Source of the DNA: an uncultured Clostridia bacterium
Lineage (GTDB): Bacteria; Bacillota; Clostridia; Christensenellales; UBA1242
DNA length: 64,000 nucleotides
Direction of reading: 5' to 3'
Assembly (NCBI GenBank): GCA_944377485.1
Contig: CALWFB010000004.1
Location: 12,582 to 76,581, forward strand
Each line of letters opens with the position of its first letter. Position 1 is the first letter of the stretch. Of the stretch, positions 10,312-20,434 are shown piece by piece. The notes beneath the pieces are model-generated. The model ran no database searches. It was given only the letters and a program-made list of their open reading frames with translations, and was not told where the DNA came from. The translations under genes were made by a program, and so were the position numbers.

Positions 10312-11799
10312 TTATAATAGCAAACTCTTTCCTGTAAAACTTTTATTTGGTTTTAATTGCAATAAATTTAAAAATGTAGGTGCAACGTCTTTCAATTCAC
10401 CATACTTTTTGAATTTGTATTTTTTATCCTTTTCTACTGCTAGACAAAATACTCTATTGAAAGTATGTGCTGTGTGTGGTTCTCCCGAAATTGTACGCAT
10501 CATTTCACTATTGCCATGGTCGGCAGTTATTAATAAAAAATATCCTGTTTTCTTTGCGTATTCTACTACCTTTTTTACACATCTGTCTAGTTCCTCTAAT
10601 GCTTCAACAGTCGCTTCATAATTTCCAGTATGTCCAAGCATATCAGGATTTGAGTAATTAACAATTATAGCATCATAATTTTTATCCATAGCTTTTATTA
10701 TCTCTTTTGTGATTTCTCCTGCTCTCATTTTAGGAGTTTTGCTAAAATTATCAACTTTTATAGTAGGAATATGAACTCTATCTTCGTTTTCAAATGGTTC
10801 TTCTCTTCCGCCATTTAAAAAGTAAGTGACATGTGCATACTTGGTGGTTTCGCTGATTTTTATTTGCTTTTTCCCTTGTTTTGATAGATATTCACTCAAA
10901 GTATTTTTTACAATTTTGGGTTGATACAAAACAGTTGTTTTAGCTGTACTAACACTTGACATTGTTATGATATTATGACTTAATTCGTATGTTTTCATCA
11001 CAATTTGTCTCAATCTATCTTCTCTAAAATTGAAAAAGAATATCAAATCATCTTTTTTCAATTCAGAACTTTGTTTTGTATCAATATGAATTGGATTAAT
11101 ATATTCGTCTGTGTTCCCTGACAAATGCTCTTTTTTTAAATAATTTTCAATTTCATTACTTTTTATATTAGATATTTTTTTATCTAAATTAAACATAGTA
11201 TGCACAGCTAAATCCGTTCTATCCATGTTATTCTCTCTATCCATTGCATAGAATCGCCCCATTACACTAGCAATTTCTACATTTGTCATATTTTTAATGC
11301 ATTTCTGCAACTCTTTTAAATATTTAAGGCTATCTTCTCCTCCCGAATCTCTACCATCTGTAATAAAATGAATAAAAATGTTTTTGGCATACTTATTAAA
11401 CATCTTTAATATTTCATATGCATGATTTATATCACTATGAATATTTTTATCACTCATTAAACCAATCAAGTGAAGATTCCCATGTGTTGCTTTTAATTTA
11501 TCTCTTTTATTTAAAAGTTTATTATTTTTTTGAAATATGCCTATTTTAATGTCATCATGAATTTTTTTTGCAGTGGACGGTACAATTCTTCCTGCTCCAA
11601 TTGTAGTGTGTCCTACTTCACTCCCTCCCAATTCTCCGTTAAACAGACCAACCGCTTCACTATCGGTCTTTAAAAGAGAATAACTATTTTTTTTCAATTC
11701 ATTAAGAGTAGGAGTATTAGCATTCTTCACTGCATTATAAAGCCCGGATTTTCCTTCTCCGTAGCCATCTAAAATCATCAAAATACCCTTTCTACTCAT
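10312..11799 (-). CDS. gpmI: 2,3-bisphosphoglycerate-independent phosphoglycerate mutase
   Basis: ILDGYG, SEVGH, TDGRD, GRFYAMDR, NPDMLGHTG and TADHGN motifs. Confidence 0.95.
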   Translation of the reverse strand: MSRKGILMILDGYGEGKSGLYNAVKNANTPTLNELKKNSYSLLKTDSEAVGLFNGELGGSEVGHTTIGAGRIVPSTAKKIHDDIKIGIFQKNNKLLNKRDKLKATHGNLHLIGLMSDKNIHSDINHAYEILKMFNKYAKNIFIHFITDGRDSGGEDSLKYLKELQKCIKNMTNVEIASVMGRFYAMDRENNMDRTDLAVHTMFNLDKKISNIKSNEIENYLKKEHLSGNTDEYINPIHIDTKQSSELKKDDLIFFFNFREDRLRQIVMKTYELSHNIITMSSVSTAKTTVLYQPKIVKNTLSEYLSKQGKKQIKISETTKYAHVTYFLNGGREEPFENEDRVHIPTIKVDNFSKTPKMRAGEITKEIIKAMDKNYDAIIVNYSNPDMLGHTGNYEATVEALEELDRCVKKVVEYAKKTGYFLLITADHGNSEMMRTISGEPHTAHTFNRVFCLAVEKDKKYKFKKYGELKDVAPTFLNLLQLKPNKSFTGKSLLL

Positions 11800-12502
11800 T
11801 GTCTATTCCTTTTACAATTTCAATAAATTCTTTAATTCTTAAAGACACTCCACCAAGTAAAAATCCATCAATATCTGCATCACTTATCATTTTGTAGTTA
11901 TCAATACCCACACTTCCACCATACAAAATGCTCGAATCTGTATATCCTAATTTTTCTAGATGAGCTTTTATCATTCTTGTCATTTTGTTTATTCTATTGA
12001 CTGCGGGCAATTTCCCTGTGCCTATTGCCCATACAGGTTCGTATGCAATGATTGGAATAATATTATTATCAATATTTTTTAATGCATAATTAATTTGCTC
12101 TAAAACAATATCTAATTTATCAGATTTCTTTTCTTCTCCTACGCAAATTATTGGCTTTAATTTATTATTTAAACAAATATTTATTTTTTGATTAATCTGT
12201 TCATCAGTTTCTCCAATCTTTCTGCGTTCACTATGTCCAATAATCACATACTTTACGCCAAATTCTAATAGCATTTTAGGACTAATTTGTCCAGTAGATT
12301 TTGAGTTTTCTTGATTAGTTATATCTTGACAACCTAGCTCAACATTTTTGTTTTTTAGATTAAATTCGTCAAGATAAACAAAAGGTGGACACAAAACAAT
12401 TTTTGTGTCCCTAACTTTTACTTTATTGACTTCTTTTATTATTTTAGCGAACAATTTCTTGTCGCCATTCATTTTATAATTTGCGACTATTAATCTTCGC
12501 AT
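11792..12502 (-). CDS. tpiA: triosephosphate isomerase (divergent)
   Basis: NYKMN, GHSERR, AYEPVWAIGTG and YGGSV motifs; start moved to ATG 12502 (GGAG SD). Confidence 0.93.
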   Translation of the reverse strand: MRRLIVANYKMNGDKKLFAKIIKEVNKVKVRDTKIVLCPPFVYLDEFNLKNKNVELGCQDITNQENSKSTGQISPKMLLEFGVKYVIIGHSERRKIGETDEQINQKINICLNNKLKPIICVGEEKKSDKLDIVLEQINYALKNIDNNIIPIIAYEPVWAIGTGKLPAVNRINKMTRMIKAHLEKLGYTDSSILYGGSVGIDNYKMISDADIDGFLLGGVSLRIKEFIEIVKGIDNE

Positions 12503-12509
12503 AACACTC

Positions 12510-13691
12510 CTACACGTCTTCAATCACTTCCACACAAGGCAATTTTTTACCTTGCAATAACATTAAAGATGCGCCACCGCCAGTAGATAGATGAGTCACC
12601 TTTTTAGCTACACCCAAAGATTGGATTGCTGCCACACTGTCACCGCCACCAATTACAGATATGGATTTACTTTTTGCTACATATTTAGCGATTTTGTTTG
12701 TACCTTTTTTAAACTTTTCGTATTCATATACGCCAACTGGTCCATTCCAAACAATCGTCTTTGCTTTTTTAATTATTTTTTTGAAAGCTTTAATCGTCTT
12801 TGGACCAATATCCATACCTTGATAATCATCTGCAATAAAGCCACTATTAAACAATTTAACTTCTGCATCTTCGCTAAATTCTTTTGCGCCTACGTTGTCA
12901 ATTGGTAAAACAATTTTTACTCCTTTTTCTTTTGCCTTATCTAAAATTTCATTTGCCAAATCAATTTTAGTATTATCAACAATGGACATTCCCACATTTC
13001 CACCGATTGCCTTGATGAAAGTATATGCCATACCACCACCAATCAAAATCGTATCTACTTTGTCAAGCAAGTTCTCAATTACCGGCAATTTATCAGCAAC
13101 CTTAGCACCACCTAAAATCGCAACAAATGGGTGGTCAGGATTGTTTAAAACTTTATCAAAAATCAACAATTCTTGTTCTACCAAAAAGCCAACAGCAGAT
13201 GGCAACAATTTTGCTACACCATAAGTAGACGCATGCTTTCTATGTGCAGTAGCGAATGCTTCCAACACATATATGTCAGCAAGTCCTGCTAAATATTTTG
13301 CGAACTTTTCATCGTTCTCATCTTCTTCTTTGTAAAATCTAATATTTTCAAGCATCAACACGTCGCCGTCATTCATTTTATCTACCATTTCAATAGTAGA
13401 TTTATCTAAAATGTCTTCGGCGAAAGATACCGGTTTATCTAAAAGTTTTGATAACCTTGCAAGTACTGGCCTTAGGGATAATTTAGGGTCAACTTGCCCA
13501 TTAGGTCTTCCCAAATGTGAACACAATATTACACGAGCATTATGTTCAATTAAATAATTGATTGTTGGTAGAGTTGCAGTGATTCGAGTATCGTCTACGA
13601 TTTTCAATTCAGCGTTCATTGGCACATTATAGTCCACTCTAAGAAACACTCTTTTGCCGCTGACGTCAATATCTCTAATTGTTTTTTTCAT
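12510..13691 (-). CDS. pgk: phosphoglycerate kinase
   Basis: RVDYNVP, SHLGRP, LENIRF, GGGDS and STGGGASL motifs. Confidence 0.97.
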   Translation of the reverse strand: MKKTIRDIDVSGKRVFLRVDYNVPMNAELKIVDDTRITATLPTINYLIEHNARVILCSHLGRPNGQVDPKLSLRPVLARLSKLLDKPVSFAEDILDKSTIEMVDKMNDGDVLMLENIRFYKEEDENDEKFAKYLAGLADIYVLEAFATAHRKHASTYGVAKLLPSAVGFLVEQELLIFDKVLNNPDHPFVAILGGAKVADKLPVIENLLDKVDTILIGGGMAYTFIKAIGGNVGMSIVDNTKIDLANEILDKAKEKGVKIVLPIDNVGAKEFSEDAEVKLFNSGFIADDYQGMDIGPKTIKAFKKIIKKAKTIVWNGPVGVYEYEKFKKGTNKIAKYVAKSKSISVIGGGDSVAAIQSLGVAKKVTHLSTGGGASLMLLQGKKLPCVEVIEDV

Positions 13692-13756
13692 CATTGTCTC
13701 CAAAAAATAAAATATCCACTTAATATTTATTGCAATTATTATATCACAGGTTAAAA

Positions 13757-14272
13757 TTATTTCAAAATAATTTTAGAATATTTGTTAAATTTTCTATTCA
13801 TTTTACCATTTTCGACCGTGCAGACACCAAAATTATCACAGAATATATAAATCTTTCGTTTTGCACAATGATTTATATTTGGATAAATTCGTTTTTTTGA
13901 TAAAATAATTTTATTGCATTTTTTATAATCAGTATTTTCCGTTCCTACAATAAAACATTTACCTTTTACAAAAATTTTAGCACCTTGTTTCGCATTGGTA
14001 ATATGGATTTTTTCACCATCACAAACAATGATAGATTTGCGAGTAGTATCTTTTGAAATCACATTTACACCAGCGGCAACAATTGAATGTAAACTTTTTG
14101 CTAAACTCATCAATTCTTTTGTGACAACCGCTTGTTTCATCAATTCATTGCATATATCATAATCATAAATTATACCGAAATTAAAAATTAATAAATCGCA
14201 TCTACTTAACTTTACAAAATAATTTAAATAAAATGACTTATAACTGCCACCCGCCACACAAATTATCTTCAT
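13757..14272 (-). CDS. hypothetical protein (possibly degenerate carbon-nitrogen hydrolase fold)
   Basis: 171-aa ORF with only weak resemblance (CDLLIF, AKSLHSIVAAG); no catalytic triad evident. Confidence 0.45.
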   Translation of the reverse strand: MKIICVAGGSYKSFYLNYFVKLSRCDLLIFNFGIIYDYDICNELMKQAVVTKELMSLAKSLHSIVAAGVNVISKDTTRKSIIVCDGEKIHITNAKQGAKIFVKGKCFIVGTENTDYKKCNKIILSKKRIYPNINHCAKRKIYIFCDNFGVCTVENGKMNRKFNKYSKIILK

Positions 14273-14423
14273 ATTTCATTTTATGCAGAAGCAATGAAAT
14301 TGATAAATATTGAAGATTTTAGATTTTTTATTATTTATAAAGTTTTTAAAACTAAAATTCATTTCATGTTTTATATATAATCACAAAATTTAAATTAGAA
14401 ATTGAAATTTATCATGCGTTGTG

Positions 14424-14756
14424 CTATATACAATCAACTGTTGCATTTAATACTGTTTCAATATTTGGATTCTTTATGTAATAAATTATATTTTTCCCAT
14501 TTCTGTCCGATGAAACTATATCAATAGATTTTAAAATTTTTAATTGATGACTTATTGTAGTTTGGTTTTGGCTTAAAATTAATGAAATATCTCCTACACA
14601 TAAGGGCTTTATAGTTAACAAAATAATGATTTTCAATCGTGTGTCATCACTAAATGCGTAGAAAAAACTTGTCATATTCTTCAAATCCGTTTTATTAGGC
14701 ATATAATGACGCAGTGCAATTTCTTCTCTACAATCTAATTTACAATCTAAATTCAT
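14424..14756 (-). CDS. ArsR/SmtB family transcriptional regulator
   Basis: FSDDTRLKII...LCVGDI...SHQLKILK...GKNIIY signature. Confidence 0.9.
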   Translation of the reverse strand: MNLDCKLDCREEIALRHYMPNKTDLKNMTSFFYAFSDDTRLKIIILLTIKPLCVGDISLILSQNQTTISHQLKILKSIDIVSSDRNGKNIIYYIKNPNIETVLNATVDCI

Positions 14757-14859
14757 AAAAAAAGAATAACATAAAAATTTTAAATTATATATTTTTCACA
14801 ATATCTAATTTTGACGAATAAATAAAATAAACGAAAAAAAATATATAAGGAGCAAGAAA

Positions 14860-15042
14860 ATGAACACTGCATTCTACATATTATTCGCAATTTTGATTTC
14901 AATTATTGCACAAGCGACAAACACCAATCTTGCAAACAACACCACATTCCTTCTATTATTACTTCTCGCATTGGGCGCATACAATCAAAATGGTGATAGA
15001 AACAATTGTTGTGTGTATGGGCAACAACGTAGTTTCTTCTAA
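14860..15042 (+). CDS. small hydrophobic protein with a C-terminal CC
   Basis: AAGGAG SD; 60 aa with two hydrophobic segments. Confidence 0.55.
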   Translation: MNTAFYILFAILISIIAQATNTNLANNTTFLLLLLLALGAYNQNGDRNNCCVYGQQRSFF

Positions 15043-15096
15043 AAAAATTAGCACTCTAATATGAATTAAACTGCTAATTTTCAATTGTTTTCATTT

Positions 15097-16659
15097 CTAT
15101 TTTAATTTATAGCCCATCTTTTTTGGAATAAAAATCTTTTTGTCCATTATTTTCAGATTCTTTGAGATTCTAGGTTTAAATTCCATATTTGCAAGAATAT
15201 CTTTTTTAAGGTCCACATTTGGTGCTATTTCTACCAATTCTATTCCCTTAGCAGTCAATTTGAATACCGCCCTTTCGGTCACATATGTGATATCCTGCTT
15301 GTTTTTTATCGCATTTTTGGCAGAAAAACTAATCTGTTGAACCCTGTCTACAAATTTTTTTACTTTGCCTTCATTCTTAATTTTCAAACCTTTACTATTA
15401 ACTTGAACGTCAAGCCCACTTGAAGTAAATGTACCAATAAATACTATTTTAGGAGTATTTTGCGTTATATTAATAAATCCGCCCGGACCAAATACTCGTT
15501 TCCCAAATTTTGACACATTTACATTTCCTTCTCTATCCACTTCAGCAAGTCCTAACACTGCACAATCTAACATTCCTCCATCGTACAAATCAAACATATC
15601 TGAATCTGGAATGATTGAATCTGGGTTGTATGCAATACCAAAAGTCACTCCGCTCTGTGCTACTCCACCAGTTATTCCTGTTTCAACTGAGGTCGTCATA
15701 TCTTCTATTCCTCCCTCTTCATTTAAAACATTAGCAACCAATTCAGGCATGCCAACTCCTAAGTTCACCAATACACCTTTATTCAATTCCATCATTGCAC
15801 GTCTAGCACATATCTTCCTAATGCTCATTTCTATCGGTTTGATTTCACTTAATTCAATTCTTTTTTTACCAACTAAACCTGGGATATGTTTTGGAATATT
15901 ATATTCCCCTAACGATTTATCAGGTGGTGTGACAATAACATAATCAACCAAACGTTCTGGAATTAGCACATCTTTTGCTTTTAGTTCACCATATTCAACT
16001 ACTTTTTCAACTTCGGCAATCACTATTCCCCCAGAATTATGTGCCGCTGCTGCAAGTTGAAATTGTTCCCCAATGATAGGTTCCCATTCAAGAGATAAAT
16101 TACCTTTTTTGTCTGCATATGTTGCTTTTATTATTGAAACATTGATAGGGAATGATTTATAGAACAATTTTTCTTCTCCACCTATATCAATAAGTTCAAC
16201 TATTGGCTCAACTTCTTCTGCTTTTTGGTTTAATCTCGCACTCTCAATCCTAGGGTCAACAAAAGTATTTAGTCCTACATGTGTAATTACTCCCGGTTTC
16301 TTACCTGCTATTGCTCGTAATAAGTGAGTATAAACTCCCAATGGAATCCCAAATGCTGGAAATTGATTTTCTCCTACCGCTTCACCGAATTTCTTTGCTT
16401 TCCCATAATGGGTGCATATTGCCTTCCCTGTTAAACCAGGTTCAGCCAAACAATTAAGACCAACATCATCGTCTGTCAAATTTCCAGGAATAATACCTGC
16501 CGCCACTGTCAGATTTTTTGGACATTTATTCTTTCTAAATCTATTTACGAGTGCTTTTAATGTTGCTTCTGGTGAACCACTTCCTCCTGAACCACTTATT
16601 GCTATTGTATCATTTGTTTTTATTAATTTTGCAGCCTCAACTGCGCTTATAATTTTCAT
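15097..16659 (-). CDS. acyl-CoA:acetate/3-ketoacid CoA-transferase (YdiF/Pct-like)
   Basis: KPGVITHVGLNTFVDPR, VNLGVGMPE, catalytic Glu in SVETG, GNVNVSKF and GGFINITQN motifs. Confidence 0.92.
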   Translation of the reverse strand: MKIISAVEAAKLIKTNDTIAISGSGGSGSPEATLKALVNRFRKNKCPKNLTVAAGIIPGNLTDDDVGLNCLAEPGLTGKAICTHYGKAKKFGEAVGENQFPAFGIPLGVYTHLLRAIAGKKPGVITHVGLNTFVDPRIESARLNQKAEEVEPIVELIDIGGEEKLFYKSFPINVSIIKATYADKKGNLSLEWEPIIGEQFQLAAAAHNSGGIVIAEVEKVVEYGELKAKDVLIPERLVDYVIVTPPDKSLGEYNIPKHIPGLVGKKRIELSEIKPIEMSIRKICARRAMMELNKGVLVNLGVGMPELVANVLNEEGGIEDMTTSVETGITGGVAQSGVTFGIAYNPDSIIPDSDMFDLYDGGMLDCAVLGLAEVDREGNVNVSKFGKRVFGPGGFINITQNTPKIVFIGTFTSSGLDVQVNSKGLKIKNEGKVKKFVDRVQQISFSAKNAIKNKQDITYVTERAVFKLTAKGIELVEIAPNVDLKKDILANMEFKPRISKNLKIMDKKIFIPKKMGYKLK

Positions 16660-16784
16660 ATCCCACCCCTAATTAAAATTAGTTTACCATATTTTCGACA
16701 AATTAAACAACTATTTTTATTTAATGAAAATGAAAAATATTTTTATATCCATTATAAACAATTCAAAATTTTTCTATTACACAA

Positions 16785-16815
16785 AAAAACAAGCATTTTA
16801 AATATGCTTGTTTTT
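16785..16815. terminator. intrinsic terminator downstream of the acyltransferase
   Basis: AAAAACAAGCAT-tttaaat-ATGCTTGTTTTT inverted repeat. Confidence 0.7.
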
Positions 16816-16829
16816 CAATAATCTGATGA

Positions 16830-18440
16830 TTATTTAGTTTTCTTAGTAGTTGTTTTCTTAACACTAGTAGTTTTTACAGGAGTGCTAGCAGTCTTCTTGC
16901 TAGATGCTGTTTTTGTACTAGGTTTTGCTGTTTCTTTATTAGTAGCTGCAGCTTTTGTGGCTTGCTTTGGAGCAGCCTTAGTAGTCGTGCTACGTGTAGA
17001 AACAGTTTTAGGAGTTGATTTTTTCTTTGGTTGAACTTCTTCTTTAACTTCTACTTTTTCAACTTTTGCTTCATTATCTTCAACAGCAGTCACAGGCACT
17101 GTCTCACCATTACTTGCAACTATTGCTTCTGTCCTAACAGTTTTATTCTTTCTAATTACAAATTTATCCATCAAGAATTTAACAATGCAACCCAATACAA
17201 CTGAAATTGCTGTCACAACCCAGAACACTTCTGCCCAAGAATATGGAGTAGCTGGATTTTTGCCTCGAATTTCAACATAAAAGTAGATGAAAGGCATATG
17301 AAGCATATAGATATATAATGCTGAACCACCAAGATAGTCCAAAACTTTTGCTGTATACTTATTGTTTAATAATGCCGTCACATAATCTTTTCCTAATAAA
17401 GTCAAAGTAACCAAAACGATACACAACAAATGAATTGTTGTCCTGTATGTCCAATTGTTGGTAACCACCGAAGGTACATCTCCACTAGCCACTGAATTGT
17501 TGATGATAAATTCACCTGCAAGCCACTCAGGTTGAATAGTAAACATCACAATTAGCACAGCAACTGCTAAATATACGATAGTCAAAATCACTTTGGTAGC
17601 GATATTGTAATTTAATTTTTTCAACTTTTCGACAGCGTAATAGATGATTACTCCACCACACATTCCGATAAGCACGAACAACAAGCCATTGTTGAATCCT
17701 ATCACGCCAGTGCTGACAGCGGAACCAGTCACGCTAGGGTTCGTTGAATATTGTTCACCTAAAGTTGAGAAAGCTGCTTGAGAAGCACGTGTACCGCTCC
17801 AAGCCCACCATCCACCTAAGAACACGAACAAGAATGGTGCGATGAATCCTGCGAATACATCTTCATTTTTACACATTGCCCAATAGATAATGTAAGAACA
17901 TATCAAAAGTCCTGATATGAACCACATAGCGCCATTTGCCTGACTATAGGCAGCTGGATAACCTGCAGCATACAATCCCAAGAATTCCCACAACCCATTA
18001 AATACTGAGTTAATTGCTACTGCAAAAGTACTTTCTTGGAAAATAGCAACTGCTATCACGCCCAAGATAATGCCTAATGCTAGCACAGGAAGCAATGCTT
18101 TGATTCTACCCCAAAGGTATTCCCAAGCACGACCACTGGCAGTCCTTGAAGCATATTCAGGATTGGCTTGCAATCTCTTGAAATGCTTGACTAAGAAATA
18201 ACCAGCAGTTAAGGTGAACACAAATAGAATTTCACCAGCCCCAGCCATCCAGGTAGCCGCTTCTATAATTCCTGCCATAGTGCGAGGAGCCAAGATGGTA
18301 CCGATGTGATAGCCGAGAATTGCGATAGCGAAGAAGAAACGCCAAAATTCAATAGCATGATTTCTCTCCGACTTCTTTTGAGCAACCGTTTGAACTTGCT
18401 GAGTTTCAACAGGTTGTTCATTCACGATTTCTTTTGTCAT
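16830..18440 (-). CDS. acyltransferase family 3 membrane protein with a Lys/Thr/Ala-rich C-terminal tail
   Basis: RNHAIEFWRF...YH, FTLTAGY, NGAMWFIS and SALYIYMLH motifs; about 10 TM helices. Confidence 0.8.
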   Translation of the reverse strand: MTKEIVNEQPVETQQVQTVAQKKSERNHAIEFWRFFFAIAILGYHIGTILAPRTMAGIIEAATWMAGAGEILFVFTLTAGYFLVKHFKRLQANPEYASRTASGRAWEYLWGRIKALLPVLALGIILGVIAVAIFQESTFAVAINSVFNGLWEFLGLYAAGYPAAYSQANGAMWFISGLLICSYIIYWAMCKNEDVFAGFIAPFLFVFLGGWWAWSGTRASQAAFSTLGEQYSTNPSVTGSAVSTGVIGFNNGLLFVLIGMCGGVIIYYAVEKLKKLNYNIATKVILTIVYLAVAVLIVMFTIQPEWLAGEFIINNSVASGDVPSVVTNNWTYRTTIHLLCIVLVTLTLLGKDYVTALLNNKYTAKVLDYLGGSALYIYMLHMPFIYFYVEIRGKNPATPYSWAEVFWVVTAISVVLGCIVKFLMDKFVIRKNKTVRTEAIVASNGETVPVTAVEDNEAKVEKVEVKEEVQPKKKSTPKTVSTRSTTTKAAPKQATKAAATNKETAKPSTKTASSKKTASTPVKTTSVKKTTTKKTK

Positions 18441-18513
18441 TTTACCCCCTTTTATCACTAACTAAGAAAACGTTAGATATAAAGATTATGTGCAAAAAAA
18501 TAAAAAAAGTCAA

Positions 18514-19071
18514 TTATTTTTTCTTTTTTTTGACTTTTTCATTTTTATTTGTTAAAATTTCTCGCAATTTCATGAATTCTATATAGGTTTTATTGCTCAT
18601 ACACTGTTTTTTTAGCAAAACAACATTTTGCTCATTGAATACTAAAAATATATAATCTTTTTGAACTTTTATACTAGATAAATCTTTGGCATAATACGTA
18701 TTAGTACCTAAAATTTTTTCTTTTATCATAAAAGTTTCAGTAATTTTTTCATTTTCATATATTACTCGTACTTTTGTCACTTTGTTTAAATCAGATGATA
18801 AGAAAAACATTTTTTGTTTTCTCTGATTAAACCAAAGTGCAACATAATCAACCAAGAAATATCCAACAATCAAAATTATCGTAGCAATACCAATTGTCCA
18901 ATAACTTTTCTTTTCAATAATTCCACCAATTGAAACCATTATTCCAATAATAGAAACAATTATTACTAATAAGTTAACAATTCCAGTTTTTTTTCTATTT
19001 TTGAATTTAAATAAATATTTGGTTGCAGCCAAATTATCTTCTAATTCATAATTATATATGCATTCGTTCAT
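18514..19071 (-). CDS. YcxB-like membrane protein
   Basis: Two TM helices followed by a soluble beta-rich domain; start moved to ATG 19071 just after a -10 box. Confidence 0.5.
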   Translation of the reverse strand: MNECIYNYELEDNLAATKYLFKFKNRKKTGIVNLLVIIVSIIGIMVSIGGIIEKKSYWTIGIATIILIVGYFLVDYVALWFNQRKQKMFFLSSDLNKVTKVRVIYENEKITETFMIKEKILGTNTYYAKDLSSIKVQKDYIFLVFNEQNVVLLKKQCMSNKTYIEFMKLREILTNKNEKVKKKKK

Positions 19072-19143
19072 TTGTAATATAATATCAAATATAAATGTAA
19101 AAGTAAACAAAATTTCAAATCTAAACCGACAATGAAAAAGGAA

Positions 19144-20187
19144 TTAATTGAAATAATTAATTCCCATACTTGTCTTTAACTTGATTAAATTTTTATGAGC
19201 AACTTTTCTTGCTTCCATTGTGCCATCATATAAAATTTTCATAATAGCAGCTGGATTTTTTGCAAACTCTTTTCTTTTCTCTCTTATTGGTGTAATCAAT
19301 TCTTGCAATATTTCATTTAAAAATTTTTTAATTTTCATATCGCCCAAGCCACCACGAGAGTAATGCACTTTTAATTCATCTAATGATTTATACTCTGGTA
19401 AATATTTTTCAAAATGCTCAGGGCGAGAAAACACATCTAAATATGTGAACACTGTATTTCCTTCCACTTTGCCAGGGTCAGAAACATGAATATGGTCAGG
19501 GTCTGTATACATTGAAAATACTTTTTGTTTTATTTCTTCTGGTTCATCGGATAAATAAATGCAGTTATTTAAACTCTTGCTCATCTTTGCTTTTCCATCA
19601 GTACCAACTAACCTATATGAATTTTCATTATCTGGAAGAACTGCTTTCGGTTCAATTAATGTTTCTCCATACAAATTATTAAATGAACGAACAATTTCTC
19701 TAGTTTGTTCAATCATCGGCAATTGGTCATCACCCACTGGAACAATGTTCGCATTAAATGCTGTGATATCCGCTGCTTGACTGACTGGATATGTCAAAAA
19801 TCCCATAGGGATTGAATTGTTAAAATCTTTTTGTTTCAATTCTTCTTTCACAGTAGGGTTTCGTTCCAATCTTGATAAAGTGACTAAATTCATATAATAA
19901 AATGTGAATTCAGTCAGTTCGCTCACCTCACTTTGAATGAAAAATGTCACTTTTTGGGGGTCAAGACCCACTGCTAAATAATCTAAAATTACTTCCATTA
20001 CATTATCTCGAACCTTTTGTACATTGCCAAAATTATCTGTCAGAGCCTGTGAGTCAGCTATCATGATATAAAACTTATCATAACCACCTTTGTTTTGAAG
20101 TTCTATTCTTCTTTTTAAACTACCAACATAATGCCCCAAATGTAATCTACCTGTTGGTCTATCACCTGTCAAAATTATATCTTTCAT
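19144..20187 (-). CDS. trpS: tryptophanyl-tRNA synthetase
   Basis: TGDRPTGRLHLGHY (HIGH), YPVSQAADI, VPVGDDQ and KMSKS motifs; own TTGCAT-17-TAGAAT promoter. Confidence 0.97.
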   Translation of the reverse strand: MKDIILTGDRPTGRLHLGHYVGSLKRRIELQNKGGYDKFYIMIADSQALTDNFGNVQKVRDNVMEVILDYLAVGLDPQKVTFFIQSEVSELTEFTFYYMNLVTLSRLERNPTVKEELKQKDFNNSIPMGFLTYPVSQAADITAFNANIVPVGDDQLPMIEQTREIVRSFNNLYGETLIEPKAVLPDNENSYRLVGTDGKAKMSKSLNNCIYLSDEPEEIKQKVFSMYTDPDHIHVSDPGKVEGNTVFTYLDVFSRPEHFEKYLPEYKSLDELKVHYSRGGLGDMKIKKFLNEILQELITPIREKRKEFAKNPAAIMKILYDGTMEARKVAHKNLIKLKTSMGINYFN

Positions 20188-20346
20188 ATTTTCTCCTTTT
20201 TTATTCTACCTAAAATTTTATTAAAATGCAAATATTTAAATTTAATCGCAAAAATATTAACTTTTAAAACTTAAATATTTAATAAAAATTAATTAAAATT
20301 GTTTTTTTTATATGATTTCAATTATTAATTCCAATAATTTTAATTA

Positions 20347-20421
20347 TTAATTCCAATAATTTTCAATTATTATTAAAAATTTAAAGCCAATTTTACCTTT
20401 TATATTTATATTATTTACCAT
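20347..20421 (-). pseudogene. 24-codon mini-ORF after the attenuator; possible remnant of the regulated gene
   Basis: AGGAG SD, then MVNNINIKGKIGFKFLIIIENYWN-stop decaying into AT-only sequence. Confidence 0.35.
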
Positions 20422-20434
20422 ATTTACTCCTAAT

